The position numbers and the translations under genes were made by a program. A stretch of 64,000 nucleotides of DNA from Candidatus Campbellbacteria bacterium GW2011_OD1_34_28 (GTDB lineage: Bacteria > Patescibacteriota > Minisyncoccia > Phycocordibacterales > UBA12079). Location: NCBI GenBank assembly GCA_001029775.1, contig CP011215.1, forward strand, positions 357,722-421,721, given 5' to 3'. The first letter of the stretch is position 1; every line of letters starts with the position of its first letter. Positions 48,303-58,189 of this stretch are shown piece by piece. The notes beneath the pieces were generated by a model. That model was not told the DNA's origin and did not search any database. It saw only the letters and a program-made list of their open reading frames with translations.

Positions 48303-48398
48303 TTTCTTTTCAAGTCTCAAAAAAACAAAAATGTCCTATCACAGATAGGGCATTTTTGTTTATTGCATAATAGATTTAAATATATATTATTGAGGGTA

Positions 48399-49541
48399 AT
48401 GATTAATAAAAACAGAAAAAAAGTATTTGTAGGATTGTCTGGCGGGGTAGACTCGTCTGTTTCTGCTGTTTTATTAAAGAATCAAGGATATGATGTTACG
48501 GGTGTTTTTATCAAGGTTTGGCAACCTGAATTTGTAAAATGTGATTGGAGAGAAGACCGATTAGATGCTATGCGTATTTGTGCAAAACTGGAAATACCTT
48601 TTATGGATTTAGATTTGGAAGAAGAATATAAAAAACAAGTTTTTGATTATATGATTGAAGAATACAAAAACGGAAGAACTCCTAACCCGGATGTAATGTG
48701 CAATAAAGCAATCAAGTTTGGTGGATTTTTGAAATTTGCTTTGGATAACGGTGCGGATTATGTTGCGACGGGTCATTACGCACGCTCTGTGGAGCGTGAA
48801 TTTCTAATTTCCAATTTCCAATTTCCAAATAAGGAATTCTCTAATTCTCAAGAATTAGAGAATAGATTTGAGTTGTTGGCGGGGAAAGATGATAACAAAG
48901 ATCAGTCTTATTTTCTTTGGACATTAACTCAAGATCAACTGAAATATATTTTGTTTCCTGTAGGGCATTTAGAAAAACCAAGAGTGAGAGAATTGGCAAA
49001 AAAATATGATTTGCTGACTGCAGAAAAAAAAGATAGCCAAGGCCTTTGTTTTGTTGGTATGGTAGAGATGAAAGATTTTCTTAAGAGATTTTTGCAAGAA
49101 AAAAGAGGAGATGTATTAAATGAAAATGGAAATATAATCGGATACCATGACGGAGCTTTTTATTATACCTTTGGTCAGAGACACGGATTTGTAATTACCG
49201 AAAAGACATCCGATGATAAGCCTTATTTCGTTATCGAAAAAAGCATAGAGAAAAACACAATTACTGTTTCAGAAAAACTTCGTGAAAAAAATATTTTTGA
49301 TAAAAAAGAAATTGAAATTGAAAATATAAACTGGATTTCTGGAAATGAACCAGATTTAGATAAAAAATATCAAGCGAGGATAAGATACCGACAACCACTG
49401 CAATCGTGCAAAATATATAAGAACTCGTCTTCTGAAAATTTTAAAGTTATTTTTGATGAACATCAAAAATCAGCCTCATCTGGGCAATCCGTTGTTTTTT
49501 ATGATGGCGAGGTTTGTTTGGGAGGAGGAATTATTTGCTAG
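48399..49541 (+). CDS. mnmA: tRNA-specific 2-thiouridylase MnmA
   Basis: VFVGLSGGVDSSV PP-loop; contains an in-frame insertion with AATTTCC x3 at ~48800. Confidence 0.9.
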   Translation: MINKNRKKVFVGLSGGVDSSVSAVLLKNQGYDVTGVFIKVWQPEFVKCDWREDRLDAMRICAKLEIPFMDLDLEEEYKKQVFDYMIEEYKNGRTPNPDVMCNKAIKFGGFLKFALDNGADYVATGHYARSVEREFLISNFQFPNKEFSNSQELENRFELLAGKDDNKDQSYFLWTLTQDQLKYILFPVGHLEKPRVRELAKKYDLLTAEKKDSQGLCFVGMVEMKDFLKRFLQEKRGDVLNENGNIIGYHDGAFYYTFGQRHGFVITEKTSDDKPYFVIEKSIEKNTITVSEKLREKNIFDKKEIEIENINWISGNEPDLDKKYQARIRYRQPLQSCKIYKNSSSENFKVIFDEHQKSASSGQSVVFYDGEVCLGGGIIC

Positions 49542-49608
49542 TTATTATTTAATGGTATATAGTTTTTAGAGATTCTTATTAATTTTTGGAAAAAAAAGGT
49601 GATATTCA

Positions 49609-49815
49609 ATGGGAATTGAAAAATTTAGACATGATTATGATTGTGGACAGTGTTTGTTTAAAGAACAAAATCTTCATGAATGTCCCAAAAACGGACGACG
49701 ATGTTTGTATTATGTTTGTATCTCGGTTGTTTTGCTTCATTTAGATAAAGCGAGAAGACCAAAATATTATGAACAAGGAATGAACATTATCGCCACAAAC
49801 GGGGGACGAGTTTGA
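49609..49815 (+). CDS. Hypothetical small Cys-rich protein (68 aa)
   Basis: Ends at terminator gggggacgag-tttgat-gctcgtccc + T-run (49800-49831). Confidence 0.35.
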   Translation: MGIEKFRHDYDCGQCLFKEQNLHECPKNGRRCLYYVCISVVLLHLDKARRPKYYEQGMNIIATNGGRV

Positions 49816-49851
49816 TGCTCGTCCCATTTTTTATGATATAATTTTTGATAT

Positions 49852-50688
49852 ATGCAAGATATATATATAGTAAAATTAAACGGGGAAAGAGAGCTATTTG
49901 ATATAACAAAATTAAAAAACTCTTTAAGAAGGGCTGGTGCTGATGAAAAATCAATTCAGGAAATCTCTTTAAAAATAGTTGAGGAATTAAAAGACGGAAC
50001 AACAACAACAAAAATATACAAAAAAGCTTTTTCTTTTCTTAGAAAAAAAGATAAAGTAATTGCAGGTAAATATTCTGTGCGTAGAGCAATAGAAGGTCTT
50101 GGTCCACACGGCTTTCCTTTTGAAGATTTTATAGGAGAAATATTTAGAGCAAAAGGTTATGATGTTGAGGTAGGACAGACCGTTAACGGCAAGTGTGTTA
50201 TGCACGAGATGGATGTTGTTGCACACAATGAAAAGGAAATTATTGTTGGGGAAATAAAGTTCCACAACGACACCGCTTTAAAATCTGATTTAAAGGTTGC
50301 TCTTTATGTAAAAGCACGACTTGATGATATAAAAGAGGGTGATTTTTATCAGCGTTTTGGAGAAGGAAAAGAAATAAAACATTATCTGATAACAAATACA
50401 AAATTTAGTGGAAGAGCTATCCAGTACGGTAATTGTGCCGGTTTAAATTTGATAGGGTGGAATTATCCTTCACAGGGAAATCTTCAAGATTTAGTCGAGG
50501 AGACAAAAGTACATCCTTTGACTTGTCTGGTATCTTTAACAAAAAAAGAAAAACAAGAATTTCTTAATCAGGGAATCGTTTTATGTAAAGATATTATTGG
50601 GGGCGGAGAAAATATTCTTGGCACAGTAGGAATATCTGGACAAAGAGTAGAAAAAGTTTTGGCAGAAGCAAAAAATATTTGTAAATAA
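49852..50688 (+). CDS. ATP-cone domain fused to Mrr-like (PD-(D/E)xK) restriction-endonuclease domain
   Basis: N-terminal IYIVKLNGERELFD..KL..SL..AG ATP-cone; C-terminal FEDFIGEIFRAKGYDV...MDVVAH..EIIVGEIK. Confidence 0.65.
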   Translation: MQDIYIVKLNGERELFDITKLKNSLRRAGADEKSIQEISLKIVEELKDGTTTTKIYKKAFSFLRKKDKVIAGKYSVRRAIEGLGPHGFPFEDFIGEIFRAKGYDVEVGQTVNGKCVMHEMDVVAHNEKEIIVGEIKFHNDTALKSDLKVALYVKARLDDIKEGDFYQRFGEGKEIKHYLITNTKFSGRAIQYGNCAGLNLIGWNYPSQGNLQDLVEETKVHPLTCLVSLTKKEKQEFLNQGIVLCKDIIGGGENILGTVGISGQRVEKVLAEAKNICK

Positions 50689-50788
50689 ATTATTAAATTA
50701 AGCGTATAGCGTATAGTGTGTAGGGAAACGAATTTTTGCGAAGCAAAAATTCGTTCAAACTAAACCCTAATCGCTAGACCCTAAATAT

Positions 50789-51340
50789 ATGAGTTACGAT
50801 TTTTCAAAATTTAAAAAAGAACTTTCTGAAATAGAAAGTTGGTTAACAAAAGAATATACAACAATTAGAACAGGGATGGCATCTCCTGCACTTTTGGATA
50901 GCGTAAAGGTTGAGAGCTACGGTTCTTTTATGCCGATTAACCAATTAGCAACTGTTGGTACCGAAGATGCTCGTACGATCAGAGTTTCTCCTTGGGACAA
51001 ATCTCAGGTTAGGGGAATAGAAAAAGCGATAAATGATGCTAACCTAGGTGTTTCTGTTGCTTCAGATAGCGCAGGAGTAAGGGTTATTTTCCCAGAATTG
51101 ACTTCAGAGAGAAGAGTTTTGCTGATTAAATCTGCAAAAGAAAAATTGGAAAAGGCAAGAGTTTCTTTGAGAGGGGAAAGAGAAAAGGTCTGGGAAGATA
51201 TTCAGAAAAAAGAAAAAAATGGTGAAATGGGAGAAGATGAAAAATTTAGTTTGAAAGAAGAAATGCAAAAATATGTAGATGCATCAAACAAAAAATTTGA
51301 AGAAATTTTTAGTAAAAAAGAAAAAGAAATTTCAATTTAG
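50789..51340 (+). CDS. frr: Ribosome recycling factor
   Basis: 183 aa; RRF motifs. Confidence 0.92.
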   Translation: MSYDFSKFKKELSEIESWLTKEYTTIRTGMASPALLDSVKVESYGSFMPINQLATVGTEDARTIRVSPWDKSQVRGIEKAINDANLGVSVASDSAGVRVIFPELTSERRVLLIKSAKEKLEKARVSLRGEREKVWEDIQKKEKNGEMGEDEKFSLKEEMQKYVDASNKKFEEIFSKKEKEISI

Positions 51341-51808
51341 ATGGAAATAGAAAACAAAGAATTACATAGAATCGCTCTGACTGCTATTATTCACAAAGAT
51401 GGAAAATTTTTGATTACTAAAAGAAGTCTGGACAAAAAAGCTTTTCCTGGAAAATGGACAGTTCCTGGTGGAGGGCTGGAAACCGATGATTATATCAACA
51501 CAAAACCAACAACCGAAGCTGGTCAGTGGTATTATGCGGTTGAAAACGCTTTGAGAAGAGAAATAAAAGAAGAAGTAAATATCGAAGTTGATAAACCCAA
51601 ATATTTGTTGGATCTGACTTTTATTAGACCAGACGGTATCCCTGTTGTGGTGCTAAGTTTTTACTGTAATTATGTTTCAGGAGATGTTAAACTAGATGAT
51701 GATAGCGTTGATTATGCTTGGGTTGATGTGAATGAATTGGACAAATATGACTTGATTGATGGTATAGCTGACGAAATAAGGGAGGTTGCAGAAAAAATTA
51801 AAAATTAA
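51341..51808 (+). CDS. NUDIX hydrolase
   Basis: GKWTVPGGGLE...REIKEEVNI Nudix box. Confidence 0.78.
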   Translation: MEIENKELHRIALTAIIHKDGKFLITKRSLDKKAFPGKWTVPGGGLETDDYINTKPTTEAGQWYYAVENALRREIKEEVNIEVDKPKYLLDLTFIRPDGIPVVVLSFYCNYVSGDVKLDDDSVDYAWVDVNELDKYDLIDGIADEIREVAEKIKN

Positions 51809-51857
51809 CAATTATGGTGCTGTCAGCTGTGGGCTGTCAGCTGTAAGCTTATAAAAC

Positions 51858-52952
51858 ATGACAATTATTTTATTTATTATAGTTCTCGCAGTTTTGATTT
51901 TGGTTCACGAGTTTGGACATTTTATCACTGCTAAAAAATTGGGAATGAGGGTGGATGAATTTGGAATAGGATTTCCTCCGAGAATTTTTGCTATTAAAAA
52001 AGGTGAAACCGAATATTCTATAAACTCGGTTCCTTTAGGAGGCTTCGTTAAAATTTTTGGAGAAGATCCCGATGATACTTCTATAAACGGACCAGACAAA
52101 GGAAGAAGTCTAATAAATAAACCAAAATGGGCGCAAGCAATTGTAATCTCTGCCGGTGTTATATCCAACGTTATTTTTGCTTGGTTTTTAATCGCTATTG
52201 GTTTCATGATTGGTTTGCCTGTTTCTGTAGATCAGCCGGGATTTGAGGATGCTCTGGACCAAAAAGTAGTGATTGTTGATGTTAAAAAAGATTCACCTGC
52301 AATGAATGCAGATTTGCAAATAGGCGACAAGCTGGTTTCTTTGAGTACTGAATCAGAAACAATAAAGGATTTTGGAGAAGATAAGATGAGAGATTTTATT
52401 TCTGTTCATGGGGGAGAAGAAATAGAAATCGTGATTGAAAGAGGAAAAAATAATACAGTAACTACATCTGCGATTCCAATTGCTGGAATACTTGAGGGAG
52501 GTTATGCGATAGGAATTGCAACAGATGTTGTAGGAATTGCCAAACTTTCATTTTTTGATGCATTGTGGGAAAGTGCCAAATTGACAAAAGATTTACTCAT
52601 AGCAATTGTAGAGAGTTTTGCAGGATTTATTACAAGTTTGTTTGATGGAACAGGCAACTTCTCAAACCTTGCTGGACCTATTGGTATCGTTGGAATGGTG
52701 GGGGATGCTTCTCAATTTGGTTGGGTTTACCTATTAAATTTTGTCGCATTTATTTCTATCAACTTGGCAATTATAAACTCTATTCCTTTTCCTGCACTGG
52801 ACGGAGGAAGATTGTTGTTTATCGTGATTGAGTCTATTGTGAGAAAAAATATAAAACCAATTGTAACCAATACTCTTAATACAATAGGATTTGTTCTGCT
52901 AATTGTTTTGATGATTGCAGTGACCTATAACGATATTTTGAAATTGTTTTAA
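51858..52952 (+). CDS. rseP: RseP-like site-2 protease (M50, PDZ)
   Basis: HEFGH zinc motif in TM1, PDZ, C-terminal LDGG. Confidence 0.88.
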   Translation: MTIILFIIVLAVLILVHEFGHFITAKKLGMRVDEFGIGFPPRIFAIKKGETEYSINSVPLGGFVKIFGEDPDDTSINGPDKGRSLINKPKWAQAIVISAGVISNVIFAWFLIAIGFMIGLPVSVDQPGFEDALDQKVVIVDVKKDSPAMNADLQIGDKLVSLSTESETIKDFGEDKMRDFISVHGGEEIEIVIERGKNNTVTTSAIPIAGILEGGYAIGIATDVVGIAKLSFFDALWESAKLTKDLLIAIVESFAGFITSLFDGTGNFSNLAGPIGIVGMVGDASQFGWVYLLNFVAFISINLAIINSIPFPALDGGRLLFIVIESIVRKNIKPIVTNTLNTIGFVLLIVLMIAVTYNDILKLF

Positions 52953-53062
52953 ATAAAATCAAACTAAAAATAACCCAGATTTTTATAGTTTGGGTTATTT
53001 TTTATTGTATTTAACTTGGTGGAGCTTGATACTAATTACTTGATACTTTATACTTAATCCTA

Positions 53063-54295
53063 ATGAAACAATCACAATTATTTACAAAAACAAGAAAAGA
53101 GGCGCCAAAAGACGAGGTGTCAAAGAACGCACAGCTTTTGATACAAGCAGGCTTTGTTTATAAAGAGATGGCGGGCGTTTATTCTTATTTACCACTTGGA
53201 CTAAGGGTTTTAAATAAAATAAACGATATTATTAGAAAAGAAATGAATAAAATTGGTGGACAGGAATTATTCTTAACTAATCTTCAAGATCCTAAAATCT
53301 GGGAAGCAACAGGCCGATGGAGTGATGATGTTGTGGATAATTGGTTTAAAACAAAATTAAAAAGCGGGACAGAGCTTGGTCTCGGATTTACTCACGAGGA
53401 GCCAATTACCAGAATGATGAAAGATCACATTAGTTCTTTCAGAGATCTTCCCCTTTCTGCTTATCAAATTCAAACAAAATTTAGAAACGAATCACGAGCA
53501 AAAAGCGGTATTATGAGGGGGAGAGAATTTTTAATGAAAGATCTATATTCTTTTTCTAGAGACGAGAAAGAGCACGATGATTTTTATAATAAGGCAATAA
53601 TCGCGTATACAAATATTTTTTCTAAAGTTGGTTTGGGCGAAAAAACTCACGTTACTTTTGCATCTGGAGGAACTTTTTCTAAATATTCACACGAATTTCA
53701 AACTGTTTCAGACGCTGGTGAAGACATTATTTATATAGCACCAAACGGTTTAGCTGTTAATGAAGAGGTATTCAATGATGAAGTTTTAAAGGATTTAGGT
53801 TTTGAAAAAAAGGATCTTAAAAAGGAAAAATCAATAGAAGTCGGTAATATCTTTAGTTTGGGAACAAAATTTTCGGAAGCTTTTGATTTAACTTTTTCTG
53901 ATGAAAAAGGAGAGAATAAATTTGTTGTTATGGGTTGTTATGGTATTGGTCCAGGAAGATTAATGGGTACTGTGGTTGAAGCATTGTCTGACGAAAGAGG
54001 AATTATCTGGCCAGAGACTATTGCTCCTTTCAAAGTTCATTTGTTAAGTTTGGGTGCAAATGAAGAAACAGAAAAAATTTATAATCAATTACAACAAAAT
54101 GGAATAGAAGTTTTGTTTGATGACCGAGATAAAAAAGCAGGGGATAAATTTGCAGACAGTGATTTGATAGGTATTCCTTATCGTGTAGTTGTTTCAGAAA
54201 AATCTCTGTCTCAAGGCGGAGTAGAATTGAAAAAGAGAGCAGAAAATGATGGAAAAATTTTTTCAATAAATGATCTTATTGAATTGTTAAAATAG
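53063..54295 (+). CDS. proS: Prolyl-tRNA synthetase (short form without editing domain)
   Basis: Class IIa motifs FRNESRAKSGIMRGREFLMKDLYSF; C-terminal anticodon-binding domain. Confidence 0.82.
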   Translation: MKQSQLFTKTRKEAPKDEVSKNAQLLIQAGFVYKEMAGVYSYLPLGLRVLNKINDIIRKEMNKIGGQELFLTNLQDPKIWEATGRWSDDVVDNWFKTKLKSGTELGLGFTHEEPITRMMKDHISSFRDLPLSAYQIQTKFRNESRAKSGIMRGREFLMKDLYSFSRDEKEHDDFYNKAIIAYTNIFSKVGLGEKTHVTFASGGTFSKYSHEFQTVSDAGEDIIYIAPNGLAVNEEVFNDEVLKDLGFEKKDLKKEKSIEVGNIFSLGTKFSEAFDLTFSDEKGENKFVVMGCYGIGPGRLMGTVVEALSDERGIIWPETIAPFKVHLLSLGANEETEKIYNQLQQNGIEVLFDDRDKKAGDKFADSDLIGIPYRVVVSEKSLSQGGVELKKRAENDGKIFSINDLIELLK

Positions 54296-54389
54296 GACAA
54301 AATGTGTTGAAAAATAAAGGCTCGGACGCCTGTGGTGTCCGAGCCTTTAAAATTTGTCTTTTATCTTTCTTTTGTGTAATATTAAGCCA

Positions 54390-55472
54390 ATGGCTTTTCT
54401 AAATAATATAAATGAGCGAATAAAGAAAAAATTTGATGGTTGGTTTGCCAACGATGTTGGTATTGATTTGGGTACTGCTAACACATTAGTTTACAGAAGA
54501 GGAAAAGGTATCGTTTTAGACGAACCATCTGTTGTTGCTGTAAATCAAAAAACAGGAAGAGTAGTGGCAATTGGAGAGCAAGCAAAAAAAATGATAGGAA
54601 GAACGCCTGGTCATATTATTGCTATAAAACCTCTGGTTGATGGAGTGATTTCTGATTTTGAAGTGACGGAAGAAATGATTGCTTATCTTATCAACAAGGC
54701 ACAAAAAGATTCTAAAAAAATGATAGGACCAAGAGTTCTTGTTGGAGTTCCTTCGGGAATTACAAATGTTGAAACAAGAGCAGTTAGAGACGCTGCTAGA
54801 AATGCTGGCGCTCGAGAAGTACACATCATTGAAGAGCCAGTGGCGGCTGCTATTGGGCATCGTCTTCCTGTAAAAGAACCCGTGGGAAGCGTAATTATAG
54901 ATATTGGAGGAGGAACTACCGATATCGCTGTTATCTCACTTGGCGGTATTGTAAACGCTAAAAATTTAAGAATTGCAGGAGACAAATTTAACCAAGACAT
55001 TATTTCTTATATGCGAGATGAATATAAAATGTTGATTGGTGAAAAAACAGCGGAAAATTTGAAAGTAGCCATCGGATCGTTAATTCCTCAAAAACAAAAA
55101 GAAAAATATTTGGCTAGAGGAAGAGATCTTGTGACAGGACTTCCGCGAGAAATTAGCGTAACGGATGAAGACATCAGAAGAGCAATCGGTCCTTCTATTG
55201 ATATAATTTTAGATGCGGTGAAAGAAGTTTTGGAGACAACCCCTCCCGAAATTGTTTCGGACATAATTCACAGAGGAGTATATTTGGCAGGAGGAGGCGC
55301 TTTGATAAAAGGGCTGGACCAATTGTTGAGTGCTTATATTGAAGTTCCTGTTTATATTGTTGATGAGCCTTTAACCGTTGTTGCTAGAGGAACAGGGATT
55401 GTCTTGGAAGACTTAGATAATTATAGAGAAATGTTGATTCAAAATGACGATGAATTACCACTTAAAAACTAA
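54390..55472 (+). CDS. mreB: Rod shape-determining protein MreB
   Basis: GIDLGTANTLVY...; start at MAFLNN (ORF-track 54354 probably too early). Confidence 0.92.
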   Translation: MAFLNNINERIKKKFDGWFANDVGIDLGTANTLVYRRGKGIVLDEPSVVAVNQKTGRVVAIGEQAKKMIGRTPGHIIAIKPLVDGVISDFEVTEEMIAYLINKAQKDSKKMIGPRVLVGVPSGITNVETRAVRDAARNAGAREVHIIEEPVAAAIGHRLPVKEPVGSVIIDIGGGTTDIAVISLGGIVNAKNLRIAGDKFNQDIISYMRDEYKMLIGEKTAENLKVAIGSLIPQKQKEKYLARGRDLVTGLPREISVTDEDIRRAIGPSIDIILDAVKEVLETTPPEIVSDIIHRGVYLAGGGALIKGLDQLLSAYIEVPVYIVDEPLTVVARGTGIVLEDLDNYREMLIQNDDELPLKN

Positions 55473-56238
55473 TAATAGAAAGAAGAGCAGAAAACTTTTT
55501 TGGTTTGTCTTGGTAGTTCTTATAATCTTTGCTTACCCTAAGACAAATAATTTGTTTAGTGGTGTCTTCAAATCAGCTCTTGATCCTTTTTGGAATAATG
55601 ATAAAAAACAAGAAGAAAAATCTCTAAATTTTTTTGGATTTTTTTCAGCGAAAGAAAAATTGCTTTCTGCCAATGAACAATTAGAAAAAGATTTGTCAGA
55701 AGCAGAAATGATGCTTGCAGATAGAAATTTGCTTTTAAAAGAAAATTTGGAACTAAAAGACATTCTGGGTCGTTTGGCTACAAACAATATGATTTTGGCA
55801 TCTGTCTTAGCAAAACCAAATGCGTCTCTTTATGATACCGCGATAATTGATGCTGGAAGCAATCTGGGAATAAAAGTTGGAGACAAAGTTTTTGTACTGG
55901 GAAATATTTTGGTAGGAGAGATTGCAGAGGCTTCAAAAAATAATTCCACAGTAAAATTTTATTCATCTTTCAAAGAAGAGGTTTCTGTGATGGTTGGTTT
56001 GTATAATATAGAAGCTACAGCAGTTGGTCGTGGGGCAGGTAATTTTGAAATTAAATTACCGAGAGACATAGATATAAAAGTAGATGACCCTATTTTTATT
56101 GCTGGAACAGAAGCTCGTGTTTTAGGCAATGTTTCCGAGATAATTTTTGATCCAAAAGACCCTTTTCAATTAGTTTTGATTAAAAGTCCTGTTAATTTGT
56201 TTGAGTTAAAATGGGTTCAAATATTAAAATCAGAATAA
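55444..56238 (+). CDS. mreC: Rod shape-determining protein MreC
   Basis: TM, coiled coil, beta-barrel region ASLYDTAIIDAGSNLGIKVGDKV. Confidence 0.82.
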   Translation: MTMNYHLKTNNRKKSRKLFWFVLVVLIIFAYPKTNNLFSGVFKSALDPFWNNDKKQEEKSLNFFGFFSAKEKLLSANEQLEKDLSEAEMMLADRNLLLKENLELKDILGRLATNNMILASVLAKPNASLYDTAIIDAGSNLGIKVGDKVFVLGNILVGEIAEASKNNSTVKFYSSFKEEVSVMVGLYNIEATAVGRGAGNFEIKLPRDIDIKVDDPIFIAGTEARVLGNVSEIIFDPKDPFQLVLIKSPVNLFELKWVQILKSE

Positions 56239-56483
56239 TAATAGACTTCCTGATAGTTATTTTTATTGCGATGGCTTTTCCTTGGTGGCTGTCACTGGGC
56301 CTAGTGTTTTTGGGTATTTTTTTGTATCGCAATTTTTACGAGGCGTTTCTATTTGCTTTTGTGATGGACTCTGTTTACTCGGTCACTAAAAATTTATTTT
56401 TTGGAAGGATGTTTGTCTATATAGTAATTGTTTTTGTATTGTTTCTTTTTGTGCGTTGGTTTAAAGAGAGGTTAAGACTATAG
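56211..56483 (+). CDS. mreD: Rod shape-determining protein MreD-like small membrane protein
   Basis: Position between mreC and PBP2; 3 TM helices. Confidence 0.5.
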   Translation: MGSNIKIRIIIDFLIVIFIAMAFPWWLSLGLVFLGIFLYRNFYEAFLFAFVMDSVYSVTKNLFFGRMFVYIVIVFVLFLFVRWFKERLRL

Positions 56484-56490
56484 TTTTAAA

Positions 56491-58182
56491 ATGAGACTTT
56501 TAAATAGAAAAAATAGATTTAATGGAGAAATAGATCCAGATGAAATCTTTCTGGATTCTTCAAACTTGCCGAAATTTAATAAACAACAGTTTGAAGGAAC
56601 AATAGAAAAACCAATTGGGAAAAAGACTTTTTTCTTTTTTGGTTTTTTCTTTTTTCTTGTTCTGGCAATTTTTTCTTCAAAGATTTTTGCTCTACAGATT
56701 ATTGATGGGGAGAAAAATTTTTCAAAATCGGACAGTAATCGTCTAGATCATTTTGTGGTTTTTTCTGAGAGAGGCCTCGTATATGATAGAAATGGAAAAG
56801 AGCTTGTTACAAATGAACTAAGTAGCACCACTGAAGAAACACACAATAAAAGATCTTATATAAAAAAAAGTGGTTTATCTCATGTGTTGGGTTATGTGAC
56901 TTATCCTCAAAAGGATAGTTCCGGAAATTACTATGAAACAAAAACTATCGGAAGAGATGGTGTTGAGAAAATTTTTGATGAAAAATTGAATGGCAAAAAT
57001 GGAACAAAACTTATTGAAGTAGATGCTTTGGGACAAGTTATCTCTGAGGCAATTTTTGAACCATCAATTGAAGGTGAAAATATAACGCTATCTATAGATT
57101 CCGAATTGCAAGCTTATATGTACGAAACAATACGAACACTTGCAAACAGAGTCCATTTTACGGGTGGTGCTGGTGTGATTATGGATGTAACAAACGGAGA
57201 AATCTTGGCTTTGACCAATTATCCCGAATACAGCTCGGACGTTCTTTCAAACAGCGAGGACAATAATCTAGTTGCAGGCTATATTTTTGATGAAGGCAAT
57301 CCTTTTTTGAATAGGGTAACATCTGGTTTATATATTCCGGGATCTATCGTAAAACCTTTTATGTCTTTGGGTGTTTTGAACGAGGGATTGATTGATCCCA
57401 AAAAACAAATTTTGAGTACTGGTTCTATCTCTATTCAAAATCCTTATAATCCAGATCAAAAAACTGTTTTCAAAGATTGGAAAGCTCATGGGTGGGTAGA
57501 TATGCGACAAGCAATTGCTGTTTCTTCCGATGTTTATTTTTATGCTGTTGGAGGGGGATATGGTGATCAAAAAGGATTGGGAATTACAAAGATAAATGAA
57601 TATATGAAAATGTTTGGCTTCGGCAAACCGACTGAGGCCGAAGTTACCAAAGAAGAAATTGGAAATGTTCCAAATCCTGAATGGAAAAAAGAAAATTTTG
57701 AAGGAGAGGATTGGACATTGGGAAATACTTATCACACATCTATTGGACAATATGGTTTTCAGGTAACCCCCTTGCAAGCAGTTCGCGCGACCGCTTCTGT
57801 CGCTAATAATGGGTATTTGTTGAAACCCACTTTTATTAAAGACAGTGAATTAAATAAAAAATATCCAGAGAGAATTCCTATTGATTTAAATAATTTTAAA
57901 ATCGTAAAAGAGGGGATGCGACAGGCGGTTACAGAAGGAACCGCCCAGGGTCTCAGTGTCCCTTATACAAAAGTTGCGGGGAAAACAGGTACCGCCGAAT
58001 TGGGTGTAAGTAAAAAATATGTTAATGCTTGGATAATAGGGTTTTTTCCTTATGAAAATCCAAAGTATGCTTTTGCTGTGATAATGGAACATGGGCCAAA
58101 AGAAAATACTGTTGGAGGTTTGTATGTAATGCGTCAGACTTTGGATTGGATGAGTATCAACAGACCTGAGTATTTTAAATAA
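56491..58182 (+). CDS. mrdA: Penicillin-binding protein 2 (elongasome transpeptidase)
   Basis: SIVKP (SxxK), SSD (SxN), KTGTAE (KTG). Confidence 0.9.
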   Translation: MRLLNRKNRFNGEIDPDEIFLDSSNLPKFNKQQFEGTIEKPIGKKTFFFFGFFFFLVLAIFSSKIFALQIIDGEKNFSKSDSNRLDHFVVFSERGLVYDRNGKELVTNELSSTTEETHNKRSYIKKSGLSHVLGYVTYPQKDSSGNYYETKTIGRDGVEKIFDEKLNGKNGTKLIEVDALGQVISEAIFEPSIEGENITLSIDSELQAYMYETIRTLANRVHFTGGAGVIMDVTNGEILALTNYPEYSSDVLSNSEDNNLVAGYIFDEGNPFLNRVTSGLYIPGSIVKPFMSLGVLNEGLIDPKKQILSTGSISIQNPYNPDQKTVFKDWKAHGWVDMRQAIAVSSDVYFYAVGGGYGDQKGLGITKINEYMKMFGFGKPTEAEVTKEEIGNVPNPEWKKENFEGEDWTLGNTYHTSIGQYGFQVTPLQAVRATASVANNGYLLKPTFIKDSELNKKYPERIPIDLNNFKIVKEGMRQAVTEGTAQGLSVPYTKVAGKTGTAELGVSKKYVNAWIIGFFPYENPKYAFAVIMEHGPKENTVGGLYVMRQTLDWMSINRPEYFK

Positions 58183-58189
58183 AAATAAA

